A stretch of 64,000 bases of DNA from Polyangiales bacterium (GTDB lineage Bacteria; Myxococcota_A; Polyangia; Polyangiales; Polyangiaceae): NCBI GenBank assembly GCA_038230375.1, contig JBBRNJ010000008.1:1-64000 (forward strand), written 5' to 3'. Under the pieces are notes generated by a model that saw only the letters and a program-made list of their open reading frames with translations, was not told the origin of the DNA and made no database searches. Made by a program: the position numbers and the translations under genes. Below, one piece after another: positions 44,665 through 54,289 of this stretch. How positions within the stretch are numbered: the first letter of the stretch is position 1; every line of letters begins with the position of its first letter.

Positions 44665-47415
44665 CTACTGGACGCGTGTGCGCGTCATCTCGGTCAGCGG
44701 CGGCTCGGTGCCGCCCGCTGCGGCCGCGTACGGCACCTTGATGTTCCGGTAGTAGAGGACGGCATCCAGCTGCGTCGCGCCCGTGGGCAGGGCGGAAGGC
44801 GCGGTCAACAGGAGATCCAGCGAGCCCTGCGCAGGGATGCGGCGGTCGAAGCGAATGGAGCGCGCGCGCGACAGCTCGTGGAACTGTAGTGCGAGACCGT
44901 CGTCGTCGTTGAAGTCCAGCCCAAGGCGCCCCGGCACAGACGTGAGCGCACCGCTCAGCGGCGATCCATACCGCGCGATCACGTTGTGCTGCGCGTCCAC
45001 GGCCTGCACCTCGACCCATGTCTCCTTCACGTCGGCAACGCCGGTGGGGAATGAGTGTGCCGCCGTGACGTTCTTCGCCACCACGTGGATCGCGCCATCC
45101 GCGCCGCGGGTGGCCGTCAGCGTGACCGTCCCCTTGAGCCGCGCGTCCAGTACTGCCAGCGCCGTCTTGTCGTTCGTTGCAAGATACACGTTTCCGCCCA
45201 GCGCCGCGTGGTCGGCGATGCCGTCGGTCTTGTGCATGTGGCAGTCGGCGCACGTGGCCTTGCCCACGTAAGGACTGCGCGCGTACTCGCCGTAGGTATC
45301 GATGCCGGTGACGCCGACGCCCGGCACGAACTGCTGGTGGCAGCCCGCGCAGAACTCCGGCTGACGAAGCAGCGCGAGGCTGGCGATACCCGCCGCCTTG
45401 TGATCTTGCGTCCAATCGATGACGGAGCCCGAGACGATGTCGGCGTTTCCACCCGCGTGCGTGAGCGCGGTCGTGTCGTGGCAACCGCGGCAGGTCACGC
45501 CGTCACCGATGCTCTTCGCAAGCGCGCCGCTCCCGACCTGCTTCGGTGTGTGGCAGCCTTCGCAGAGGCGCGGGAATGCGCCGCCCACCTGGGAGCCTTC
45601 GAGGCGCGCGCAGTACGACACCATCTTGTCGGAGCCGGCGCGCGAGTGGATGCTCTTCTGCCACGCCGCGTACTCTGGCTTGTGGCAGCCGCCGCACCAG
45701 GCTCCGTCGTTGTACGGATCGTACTTCGTTGCGTCGCCGAGCAGCCACGTGGGGCCGAGCGGAAGGTCACGCGCGACCACCGCCGCGAGCGCCGTGGCCA
45801 TGGTCTTCGCAGCATCGGTTGGCTTTCCGGGATCGACCGCGCCGGTCCTGTCCTGTCCCAACCTGTCGGGCGCGAGCCCGCCTTGCTCCGAGATCGCCAC
45901 CAGGATGTCGTGGGGGTCGAAGCCGGTCGGCTTCGGGTACTCGGGGACGGAGGCGAAGAGGTCGCGCAGGCCGGTGTGACCACGGGCGGCGTCCTTGGCC
46001 TCGACCGGCGTCAGGGCGTCGAAGAACACGCTGTTCGTCTGGCGGAAGCCGTCCAGGTGGCACGCGTTGCACGACATCCAGTTGTTGCCCGTGATCGCCG
46101 TGTCTCCCTTGCGGGAGTTGGCGCGGAAGAAGAGCGTCTTGCCCAGGCGAAGCGTGGGAGTCACCGGGTCCTGCGCAACAGTCTTGATGGGCGCGCCGAA
46201 CACGCGGGCCGCGTCCACGAGGCTGCCGGCGCGCGTGTCGATGACAGAGAGCTCGTGGGATTCGCTCGCGTACACGAACGCGCGGGCGCCGGTTGTATCG
46301 AGCGCGAGGCCGGACGGGTGATCACCGGGGAGTGCGCGCAGCGCGCCCGTGACGATGCCGCGGACCAGATCGAAGGTGAGGAGGTCCTCGCTTCCGCACG
46401 CGAGGACATAGCCGACGTCGCCGTTCGGGTGCAGGGCCGCGGCGCATGGCTGCGAGAAGACCATCGTGTCGCCGGTGGGCTCGAGCACGTTGATCGCATC
46501 GAACAGGTTCTTGCGGCCGTCGATCAGCCCGGTCGTGGGATCGGTCTGCACCTCCGCCCGCATGGTGAGGTCCACGACGCTGACGGCGGGAAAGATGACG
46601 CTCTGGAACTGAAACGGATGTGTGGGAGCAAGGAGCTGGTGCGGAAGCCACACGCCGTCGTCGGTGGCGGTGACGGCGATGCCCTCGAACGCGAATGGTC
46701 GCCCGTTCGGTACCTTCGGATCATCCGTGCGCGGCTCATCCGCCAGCGCGACGTCGGCCACGGTGGGTGCAGCGGCCGACATGTCCAGGATGGAGAGCTT
46801 GGCGTCGATGCGGTGCGAGACCAGCAGCGTGGGCGCGCCTTTCGTCATGGCCAGGCCGGTGGGCAACCTGCCCGCGGGCGTGACGTTCGTGCGCGTCCCC
46901 AGCGTGCGGTCCACGGTCGCGATGCCCTCTTCAGTTGCAATATACAACCATCGCGGATCGCCGGTGTTGAACACGCAGCCGCGCGGGCGAGTTCCCAGCA
47001 CGATGCGCCGCGCCACCTTGTGCGTGTCCGGGTACACCAGCGTGACGGCGCCGCCCATGCGATCGACTGCCGCGACGAACGCGCCGTCGGGCGCGATGCA
47101 CACGTCGCCGACCTCGAGGCCGATGGCAAGCTCTGCCTTCACCTTCCCCGCGTCGACGTCCACCTCCGTGAGCGTCCCGACGTCACCGTTCGCGACCCAC
47201 GCCGTTCCGCGCAGGCGATCGAACGCGACGTTCGACGACGACACGCTCGTGCGCGCATCCGGCGCGATCAGCGCGGGCGGCTTCGCCTCGAGCGGCTGGT
47301 CGGATGTGTCCACGGCTGTGCCTGGGACTGTCTCCTTCGGAAAGTGCTCCTCGCACGCGAAGACCACCACCGCAGCGGACAATGCGAAGATGAGAACCCA
47401 CGAGCGCATCGGCAT
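44665..47415 (-). CDS. Lipoprotein: YncE-like beta-propeller fused to multiheme c-type cytochrome
   Basis: Lipobox VFAC; propeller repeats; six CxxCH (CNACH, CGGCH, CEGCH, CRGCH, CAGCH, CADCH); c554-like HSFPTG. Confidence 0.88.
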   Translation of the reverse strand: MPMRSWVLIFALSAAVVVFACEEHFPKETVPGTAVDTSDQPLEAKPPALIAPDARTSVSSSNVAFDRLRGTAWVANGDVGTLTEVDVDAGKVKAELAIGLEVGDVCIAPDGAFVAAVDRMGGAVTLVYPDTHKVARRIVLGTRPRGCVFNTGDPRWLYIATEEGIATVDRTLGTRTNVTPAGRLPTGLAMTKGAPTLLVSHRIDAKLSILDMSAAAPTVADVALADEPRTDDPKVPNGRPFAFEGIAVTATDDGVWLPHQLLAPTHPFQFQSVIFPAVSVVDLTMRAEVQTDPTTGLIDGRKNLFDAINVLEPTGDTMVFSQPCAAALHPNGDVGYVLACGSEDLLTFDLVRGIVTGALRALPGDHPSGLALDTTGARAFVYASESHELSVIDTRAGSLVDAARVFGAPIKTVAQDPVTPTLRLGKTLFFRANSRKGDTAITGNNWMSCNACHLDGFRQTNSVFFDALTPVEAKDAARGHTGLRDLFASVPEYPKPTGFDPHDILVAISEQGGLAPDRLGQDRTGAVDPGKPTDAAKTMATALAAVVARDLPLGPTWLLGDATKYDPYNDGAWCGGCHKPEYAAWQKSIHSRAGSDKMVSYCARLEGSQVGGAFPRLCEGCHTPKQVGSGALAKSIGDGVTCRGCHDTTALTHAGGNADIVSGSVIDWTQDHKAAGIASLALLRQPEFCAGCHQQFVPGVGVTGIDTYGEYARSPYVGKATCADCHMHKTDGIADHAALGGNVYLATNDKTALAVLDARLKGTVTLTATRGADGAIHVVAKNVTAAHSFPTGVADVKETWVEVQAVDAQHNVIARYGSPLSGALTSVPGRLGLDFNDDDGLALQFHELSRARSIRFDRRIPAQGSLDLLLTAPSALPTGATQLDAVLYYRNIKVPYAAAAGGTEPPLTEMTRTRVQ

Positions 47416-47471
47416 CGTTGACTACCATAATGGGGTGCGCCAAGTCGGGATCTTCGCTAGGATTCGCCGCG

Positions 47472-49916
47472 ATGCGGAAGCTGCTGGTGTACGGCTCGAT
47501 GTCCGGGCTCGCGACGCTCCTCGCGCTTGCCGCGGCGTGCGGAAGCACGACGTATGCGGACGGTCCCGATGCAGCCGTTGATGCGAGCGCGGATGTGCCA
47601 ACGCACGACCGCGTGTATCCTGCGTTCGACGGCGGGAACGTGTCGAGCGGCGCACGCGTGAAGGTCGTCGCGGAGACGGAGTCGCGCACGGTCTCCATCG
47701 AGGAGCTGATGTTCGCCGCGGGCGAGATGCAGATCTCAGGTGAGCCGTTCGCGGAGGGGTTCGCGGGTCGCGATCTGGGCGGCTATGACCGAACCGCGCT
47801 CCCGCCCAACCTCTACATCGTGCGGGCAGGCACGGAAGACGAGGAGCAGATCACCGATCTCTTCGGTTATGCCACCGCCGTCGAGTCGTACGAGTACTCG
47901 AAGTACCACATGCTGCAGGTGTCGCTGCAGTCCACGGCCGGCGTGTCGCTCGCGCGCGGGCCCCTTGTCGCGAAGCTGCCCGGCGCGGATGTGCTGGAGC
48001 GCATGCGCAACCAGGGCGCGCTCATCCTGGGCAGCGCGGGCGCGGACCTCGCGGGGCTTGCCACGGTGCCGCCGCCCACTGCGAACCTGCTCAACTACTT
48101 CGGCTTCCGCGGCATGTGGCCGTCGTTCCTTCCCTACAAGAGCATGGAGCCGACGATCGCGGCGGACGGCCAGGTCGTGCGCTCGTGCACGTTCTCCGGC
48201 GGCTACGGCGGCATCCCCACCATCGGCAACAGCGTGCCCGAGTACGAGTGCAGCTACGACCCGATGCACCTCGCCGATCGCGACGCGCAGGTCGACAAGA
48301 CCCTGGTGCCCAGCACCATCGGCTTCGCTGCGTGGAAGCAGGCGCTCTGGAGCATAGACTTCGTGAGCCGCCTGCACGACAGCGCGAGCAACCCCGTCAA
48401 CGCCGTCGCCGACGCGGACATCTCGCAGGTGGGGATCTTCGGCAACGCCGTGCTCGCGACGGACCCGGTCAACGCAGAGGTCGGTACGTTCATCGGCTCC
48501 TCGCCCCTTGAAGGCTCGTGGGGCATGATGATGGTGACGAACATGGACAACGCGGCGGAGTACCTGCTCACGTCGCTCCTCACCACGGACGGAAAGACGC
48601 TCGTGTCTCCGTTCGCGTCGCGCGCGGACGCGCTTGCCTACGACTACACCACGCCGCTCACGTGGTTCCCCGCGTCCACGAAGGTGACCGAGGATGGAAC
48701 GAAGCTGATGTACGGCGGTCCGGACGCTGGCGTGAAGGACCCCACGAACGGCGATCCATTCCCGGCCATCGTCAGCACGAAGATCGTGGACGGAAGCTCA
48801 CGCTCGCGCGATCTCTCCGCGCTCCTCCTGGGGCACGCGATGTTCTTCGGCATGACGGACGCACGCAACGTCGGCGTGGGCCAGCGGCTCGGGCTCCGGC
48901 TTGCATTCGACGGCTCGCCCTTCCCGAAGGACAACGGCCTCCCCGATGGTGAGGACACAGCACACGACCGCGCGCTCGCCGTGATGCGTGTAGCCTTCAT
49001 CGATCTCGACCGCATCCACCGCGACCCTGCGGTTCACGTCTTCCACGACACCGCCTCCATCGACGCGACAGGCGCGGTGACGCGGGGCGGGAAGGCCTCC
49101 GTGACGGAGCTCGCGCACGCGATCATCGGCCTGCGCCAGACGCTGCTTTCGCTGAACGGCAAGATCACGCAGTATGGCGCAGCGGATCCCAGTCTGGACG
49201 CAGACAACGATGGCATCCTGAACTCGATCCCGTTCCACCCGCGGGATGGCACGGAGACCATGAGCGGCCGCGTGCGCAGGCTCATCACCGAGAACGCCGC
49301 CTTCGTTCGCGACGTGCTCACCACGTCCGATGGCACCGTCCGCAACTTCGCGAGCGTGGGCCTTGGCGTGGCCACGGCGGATACCGCGCCCGCCACGCTG
49401 GAGTCGCAGGCGGCCGCCGTGCGCGCCCTCACCGACGGCTTCCTGGTCACCCGCGACGAGACCCTTCGCACGCGCGCGCGTGCGGTCGCCTCGCGGCTTG
49501 ACGTTGTCTTCTACGACAGAGCAGCGCGCATGCATCGGGGCGTCGCCGGCGGTCCGACCGACGTGCACATGACGCCGTGGCGCTTCGGATGGCTGCTCTC
49601 TGCCATGCGCGAGTCCTACAAGGTCCTCTACGTCGAGGGCGATCCGGTGCTCGATCGCTCGGTGCTCGCCGACCGCATCGCACGCTCGATCAAGCTGTAT
49701 CTGAACGGCTGGGACGACCTGGACGGCGACCAGATGGTGACGCCGGGCGAGTGCCTGGGCGCGCGCATGCAGCTCGGTGAGCAGCCGCTCACGGGCGAGC
49801 TCGGCCTGGACACCAGCGGGCTGTCGTCCGATCGCGACGGCGACTGCGTGCTCGAGATCGACGACGCGAAGACCTCCAGCGTGCTCGCGGGCGCCGTGCG
49901 CTTCCACACGAACTGA
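47472..49916 (+). CDS. Large hypothetical lipoprotein (about 814 aa) with C-terminal helical-barrel-like region
   Basis: Lipobox AAAC-G; strong GC3 codon bias; DxDxD-type loops (DLDGDQ, DRDGD, DADNDG). Confidence 0.8.
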   Translation: MRKLLVYGSMSGLATLLALAAACGSTTYADGPDAAVDASADVPTHDRVYPAFDGGNVSSGARVKVVAETESRTVSIEELMFAAGEMQISGEPFAEGFAGRDLGGYDRTALPPNLYIVRAGTEDEEQITDLFGYATAVESYEYSKYHMLQVSLQSTAGVSLARGPLVAKLPGADVLERMRNQGALILGSAGADLAGLATVPPPTANLLNYFGFRGMWPSFLPYKSMEPTIAADGQVVRSCTFSGGYGGIPTIGNSVPEYECSYDPMHLADRDAQVDKTLVPSTIGFAAWKQALWSIDFVSRLHDSASNPVNAVADADISQVGIFGNAVLATDPVNAEVGTFIGSSPLEGSWGMMMVTNMDNAAEYLLTSLLTTDGKTLVSPFASRADALAYDYTTPLTWFPASTKVTEDGTKLMYGGPDAGVKDPTNGDPFPAIVSTKIVDGSSRSRDLSALLLGHAMFFGMTDARNVGVGQRLGLRLAFDGSPFPKDNGLPDGEDTAHDRALAVMRVAFIDLDRIHRDPAVHVFHDTASIDATGAVTRGGKASVTELAHAIIGLRQTLLSLNGKITQYGAADPSLDADNDGILNSIPFHPRDGTETMSGRVRRLITENAAFVRDVLTTSDGTVRNFASVGLGVATADTAPATLESQAAAVRALTDGFLVTRDETLRTRARAVASRLDVVFYDRAARMHRGVAGGPTDVHMTPWRFGWLLSAMRESYKVLYVEGDPVLDRSVLADRIARSIKLYLNGWDDLDGDQMVTPGECLGARMQLGEQPLTGELGLDTSGLSSDRDGDCVLEIDDAKTSSVLAGAVRFHTN

Positions 49917-49929
49917 CGCTCGTGGAGCG

Positions 49930-51381
49930 TCACCCGCGCGAGACGTAGACCCACAGGCAGGCATGCTTGCGGTCGAGGCGCTCCGGTCGGCACAGCTTGC
50001 GGCCGCGCGGGAGCTCGACGTTCGGGCCTCCGAAGGAGATCTCGTTGGTGACGTACGTGACCTTCGGCAGGTGCTGCATCGCGCCCTCCGCCAATGCCAC
50101 GTCGGCAAGGTTCTCTGCGTAGCCGCCGGGGACGCCCGCGGCGATGGCGAAGCGCGCGGACTCCCCCCCGAAGATGGCCGCGTCATTGGCGTTGTAGGAC
50201 AAGTCGCCCCGGACGAGCGCCACCACCTGCGCGCCCAGGGGTGGCGTTACCCTCCTGTCGAGTCCATCCTTCGCGCCGCGCGCGCCCAGGAGCAGCACGA
50301 GGAGGGTGGCGAGCGCGAGGGGACCGCGCCTTCGAGCAACGCCGGCGGGGAGGCGCCGCCATGGTGTCGCGACGCCTACGCCCGCGGCGACGCATCCGGC
50401 GTACACGATGGGGACCACATGGCGCGGCGACTCGATGACGTTCTGGAACAACAGGACGAAGATGCCGTACGCCAGGAGCGCGAGGGCGATCGCGGTCCTC
50501 GGGCGGAGCACGCCGTTCGCCCAGAGCGACACGAAGCGCGCGAACGAGGCCGCCGCGACGACTGCGATTGCGAGGCCCAGCACGGTGGTATCGATCCCGA
50601 GGCCATCGGCCGTGAGGTCGCGCGCGAGCGCCGCGAGGTGGCCCATGACGTCGCCGTCGTGGAGCAGCGTGTGCCCGAAGCGCTCCGCGTGGCCCTGGCT
50701 ATGTGTGGTGAGGAGGACAAAGAGCTTGCGCGGCCCGACCAGGAGCGCAAGCGGCACCGCCCAGAGCAGCACGCCGAACGCCATGCTCGCGAGCGCTCGT
50801 ACGCGGACGCGGCCCGCGACCAGCGCGACCATCCCCAGATACAGCGGCCACCAGGACAGCCGCACGCCCAGCCCGAGCCCGCACGTGAGCCCGACCCACT
50901 GCGCCGTACGGAGGTCCGCACCGCGATCCGGTCCGCGGTCCGCCGTCTCCGCCGGCTCGTCGTGTGCGAACGCCAGCGAGAGCAGCAAGAACGCGAGGCC
51001 CAGCGCCTCCGTGCCCACCTGCGACGACGAGCGGAGCACGAGTGAGCCGAGCGCGCCCGCCGTTGCGCCGGCGAGGGCAGGGCTGCGCCCGACGCGCGGG
51101 GCCAGCATCTGAAACGTGCAATATGCACATATTGCGGCGGAGACGGCCGAGACGAGCGCGCCACCGAGCGCGGCATCGCCTACCAGGAACGCCGCGGCGC
51201 GGAGCATGAGGACGTAGACCGGATACCCTGGTGGGTGAGGGGAGAACGCGGCCAGATCGTAGGTGGTCACGGACGACACGAAGCCGAGCCCGTCCCAGTC
51301 CTCCGCGATCGGAGCGTGCACCACCATCGCGACGACCAGGACCCCCGCGCCGAGCGCCACCCCCGTTCTTCTCTCGCTCAC
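49930..51381 (-). CDS. Polytopic membrane protein, GT-C/PMT-like
   Basis: WDGLGF, PHPPGYPVY N-terminal loop, multiple TM helices. Confidence 0.65.
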   Translation of the reverse strand: MSERRTGVALGAGVLVVAMVVHAPIAEDWDGLGFVSSVTTYDLAAFSPHPPGYPVYVLMLRAAAFLVGDAALGGALVSAVSAAICAYCTFQMLAPRVGRSPALAGATAGALGSLVLRSSSQVGTEALGLAFLLLSLAFAHDEPAETADRGPDRGADLRTAQWVGLTCGLGLGVRLSWWPLYLGMVALVAGRVRVRALASMAFGVLLWAVPLALLVGPRKLFVLLTTHSQGHAERFGHTLLHDGDVMGHLAALARDLTADGLGIDTTVLGLAIAVVAAASFARFVSLWANGVLRPRTAIALALLAYGIFVLLFQNVIESPRHVVPIVYAGCVAAGVGVATPWRRLPAGVARRRGPLALATLLVLLLGARGAKDGLDRRVTPPLGAQVVALVRGDLSYNANDAAIFGGESARFAIAAGVPGGYAENLADVALAEGAMQHLPKVTYVTNEISFGGPNVELPRGRKLCRPERLDRKHACLWVYVSRG

Positions 51382-51382
51382 G

Positions 51383-51916
51383 CTACGTGCGCCGCTCGAA
51401 CACGCTGATCTCGCCGAGCGCCGCGTGCTCCTCGGTGCCGGCGCACGTGAAGCCGGATTTCTCGAGCACGCGGATGCTCGCGCGATGCCACGGCGGCGTG
51501 GTCGCGCGGACAAGACGGACGCCAGGCTGCGCGAGCGCCCAGTCCACGGAGGCGCGCGTTCCCTCCGTTGCGATGCCGAGCCCCTGCGACTCCGCCTCCA
51601 CGCCGTAGCCGACCTCCGCGACGCCGTCCTCACCTGGTTGGCCGTGGAAGATCACGCTGCCGATGATCCTGCGCGGTCCCTCGCGCATGATCATGAGGCG
51701 GTCACCCCAGAGGCGCACATCCGGGTTCTCGCGGATGCGATCGAGCGACGCGCTGAACGCACGCTCCACCAGCGCGCGGCCGGGCCACGCCTCCGGGACG
51801 CTCGCCTCCACGACGCGCTCCACGTGGGCGCGATCACCGGTGAACACCGCCTCGACGATCTCGAGCGTGATCGGCACGAGCGTGAGCCTTGGCGTGAGGA
51901 GCGCAGAATCAGGCAC
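51383..51916 (-). CDS. GNAT (RimJ/RimL-type) acetyltransferase
   Basis: TPRLTL, EVGYG, QGLGIATE, ASIRVLEKSGF. Confidence 0.92.
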   Translation of the reverse strand: MPDSALLTPRLTLVPITLEIVEAVFTGDRAHVERVVEASVPEAWPGRALVERAFSASLDRIRENPDVRLWGDRLMIMREGPRRIIGSVIFHGQPGEDGVAEVGYGVEAESQGLGIATEGTRASVDWALAQPGVRLVRATTPPWHRASIRVLEKSGFTCAGTEEHAALGEISVFERRT

Positions 51917-51971
51917 GGCCCCATCGTATCCCCAGTCCAACCGACTTCCAGCGCCCGAAGTGAGAGCCCAG

Positions 51972-52016
51972 TTGACGCACCGCGCGGCGTGCTCTAGAAA
52001 TTACTTCGCATGCGAA
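51972..52016 (+). promoter_or_regulatory. Sigma70-like promoter with palindromic operator
   Basis: TTGACG (51972)-N17-TAGAAA (51995), then perfect palindrome TTCGCATGCGAA (52005-52016), upstream of marR. Confidence 0.65.
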
Positions 52017-52078
52017 ACATTGCGACGGCAAAGACCCCGCGCGGCCCTGGCGCGAACGCATCCGAAGGGAGAAGCACC

Positions 52079-52549
52079 TTGCCCCTAGAGCCCGAGCTCC
52101 GCGACGACGTCGGCCAGATCATCGAGACCATCATCTACCTCTACACGGAGAGCCGCCGCATCACGAAGGAGCTCGCCAAGCGCGCGCAGCTCACGGGGCC
52201 GCAGCTCACGGTGGTGAAGATCCTCGAGACCATCGGGGAGCTCTCGCTCACCGAGCTGTCCGAGAAGATCCGCGCGCAGAACAGCACCGTCACCGGCATC
52301 ATCGACCGCATGGAGCGCGAGGATCTGGTGGTGCGCGAGCGCAGCACCGAAGACCGCCGCGTGGTGAAGATTCGCCTCACGCAGAAGGGCGTGGAGCTTG
52401 CGCGCGACGTGCCGGTGGAGCCCATGGTCATCTTCCGCAGCGCCCTCGAGGCGCTCAGCAAGGACGAGATGCAGGACCTCCTCAAGATTCTTCTCAAGGT
52501 GTCGCGAAAGGTCAAATCGATCGTACGCAAGGAAGTGAGTCAGCCATGA
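52079..52549 (+). CDS. MarR family transcriptional regulator
   Basis: LTGPQL, STVTGIIDRME, DRR...LTQKG; TTG start after GGGAGA (alternative start 52010). Confidence 0.93.
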   Translation: MPLEPELRDDVGQIIETIIYLYTESRRITKELAKRAQLTGPQLTVVKILETIGELSLTELSEKIRAQNSTVTGIIDRMEREDLVVRERSTEDRRVVKIRLTQKGVELARDVPVEPMVIFRSALEALSKDEMQDLLKILLKVSRKVKSIVRKEVSQP

Positions 52550-53484
52550 GCGAAGAGAACAAGCCGAACCCCAGCACCGGTCGCGATCCGGACCTCTGCG
52601 TGATCACCTGCGCCGTCACGGGCGTGCTCGCGAACCGCAAGCAGTGTCCGGGCATCCCGTACACGCCGGTGGAGATCGCCGAGGAGGCAAAGCGCGCGTA
52701 TGACGCCGGCGCCAGCGTGCTCCACATCCATGCGCGCCAGGACGACGGCACGCCCACGTTTGCGCCGGCGACGTTCGCGAAGATCAAGGAAGAGATCCAG
52801 AAGCGCTGCCCGATCATCCTGAACTTCTCCACGGGCACCATCCTGGAAGACGTCACCGAGCAGTGCGCGTACATCAAGGAGTGCCGGCCCAGCATCGCCG
52901 CGCTCAACATGGGTACGATGAACTATTCGAAGTACTCCGAGACCCGGAAGAACTTCGTGTTCGACATGGTGTTCCCGAACACGTACGGGAAGATCATCAA
53001 GATGCTCGAGGCCATGAACGAGGCCGGCGTGAAGCCGGAGCTCGAGTGCTTTGACACCGGCCACACGCACGGCATCTGGCCGCTGCTCGACATGGGCATC
53101 CTGAAGAAGCCGCTGCAGTTCTCGTTCATCATGAACGTGCTCGGCGGCATTCCCCCGCACGTCGAGAGCCTGCAGCTGCAGACCAAGATCATGCCTCCCG
53201 GCAGCGAATGGGAGGTCATCGGCATCTCGAAGTGTGGCTGGCGCATGATCGCCTCTGCGCTGGTGCTCGGCGGCAACATCCGTGCGGGCCTCGAGGACAA
53301 CCTCTACCTGCCCGACGGCAAGATGGCGCGCGGCAACGGCGACCTCATCGACGTGTGCGCGCGTCTCGTACGCGACACTGGCCGCAAGGTCGCCACGGTC
53401 GAGGAGGCCCGCAAGATCCTCAGCCTGGACCAGTTCCAGCCTGCAAAGGCCCAGGCCGCGCCCGCCGCGCAACCCGCGAACTGA
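52546..53484 (+). CDS. Beta-keto acid cleavage enzyme (BKACE/Kce, DUF849)
   Basis: ITCAVTG, PYTPVEIA, HIHAR, STG, PELECFD, RAGLEDN. Confidence 0.93.
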   Translation: MSEENKPNPSTGRDPDLCVITCAVTGVLANRKQCPGIPYTPVEIAEEAKRAYDAGASVLHIHARQDDGTPTFAPATFAKIKEEIQKRCPIILNFSTGTILEDVTEQCAYIKECRPSIAALNMGTMNYSKYSETRKNFVFDMVFPNTYGKIIKMLEAMNEAGVKPELECFDTGHTHGIWPLLDMGILKKPLQFSFIMNVLGGIPPHVESLQLQTKIMPPGSEWEVIGISKCGWRMIASALVLGGNIRAGLEDNLYLPDGKMARGNGDLIDVCARLVRDTGRKVATVEEARKILSLDQFQPAKAQAAPAAQPAN

Positions 53485-53492
53485 GAGGAGCC

Positions 53493-54281
53493 ATGACCGC
53501 CCGCGCGTACTCGAAGATCAAGGTCGCGACCCACGAGACCGTCCACACGATCACGCTGCACAACCCTGCGCGCAAGAACGCGATAGGCCCGCAGATGATA
53601 AACGAGCTCCTCTTCGCATTCGCCGACGCGCACGAGGACGCGGCCGTGCGCACCATCATCCTCACCGGGGAAGGCCACGCATTCTGCGCCGGCGGGGACT
53701 TCGCGCAGATGACCTCTGGCCCGGACTCGGAGGAGCTTCCGCCCAGTGGTGACTACACCGATCTCATGGTCGCGATGGTGCGGTCGGAGAAGCCGATCAT
53801 CGCCCGCGTCAACGGCGTCGCCATGGGCGGCGGCCTTGGCCTGATCGCCGCGAGCACGTTCGCCGTCGCGCAGAGCGACGCGATCCTGGGCACGCCGGAG
53901 ATCAACGTCGGGCTCTTCCCGATGATGATCATGGCGGTGCTCGCGAGAGTGGTGCCGAAGCGACGTCTGCTCGAGATGATGCTCTTCGGCGAGAAGATGT
54001 CGGCGGACGAGGCCCTTGCCGCAGGCCTTCTGAACAAGGTCGTCCCGGCGGAGTCGCTGGACGCGGTCATCCACGCCGACTACTGCGCGAAGATCGCGAA
54101 GAAGAGCCCAGCCATCATCGGGCTCGGGCTCCGCGCATTCGCGAAGCAAGCGGATCTGTCGCTCGAAGACGCGCTGCCGCTCCTTCGAACCGAGCTCGGA
54201 AACTGCCTCGCCACGGACGACGCACGCGAAGGCCTCATGGCGTTCCTCGAGAAGCGCCCGCCTCACTGGAAAGGGAAGTAG
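53493..54281 (+). CDS. Enoyl-CoA hydratase/isomerase (crotonase)
   Basis: FCAGGD, AMGGGLGL, PEINVGL, EGLMAFLEKRPP. Confidence 0.93.
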   Translation: MTARAYSKIKVATHETVHTITLHNPARKNAIGPQMINELLFAFADAHEDAAVRTIILTGEGHAFCAGGDFAQMTSGPDSEELPPSGDYTDLMVAMVRSEKPIIARVNGVAMGGGLGLIAASTFAVAQSDAILGTPEINVGLFPMMIMAVLARVVPKRRLLEMMLFGEKMSADEALAAGLLNKVVPAESLDAVIHADYCAKIAKKSPAIIGLGLRAFAKQADLSLEDALPLLRTELGNCLATDDAREGLMAFLEKRPPHWKGK

Positions 54282-54289
54282 GAACGTTC

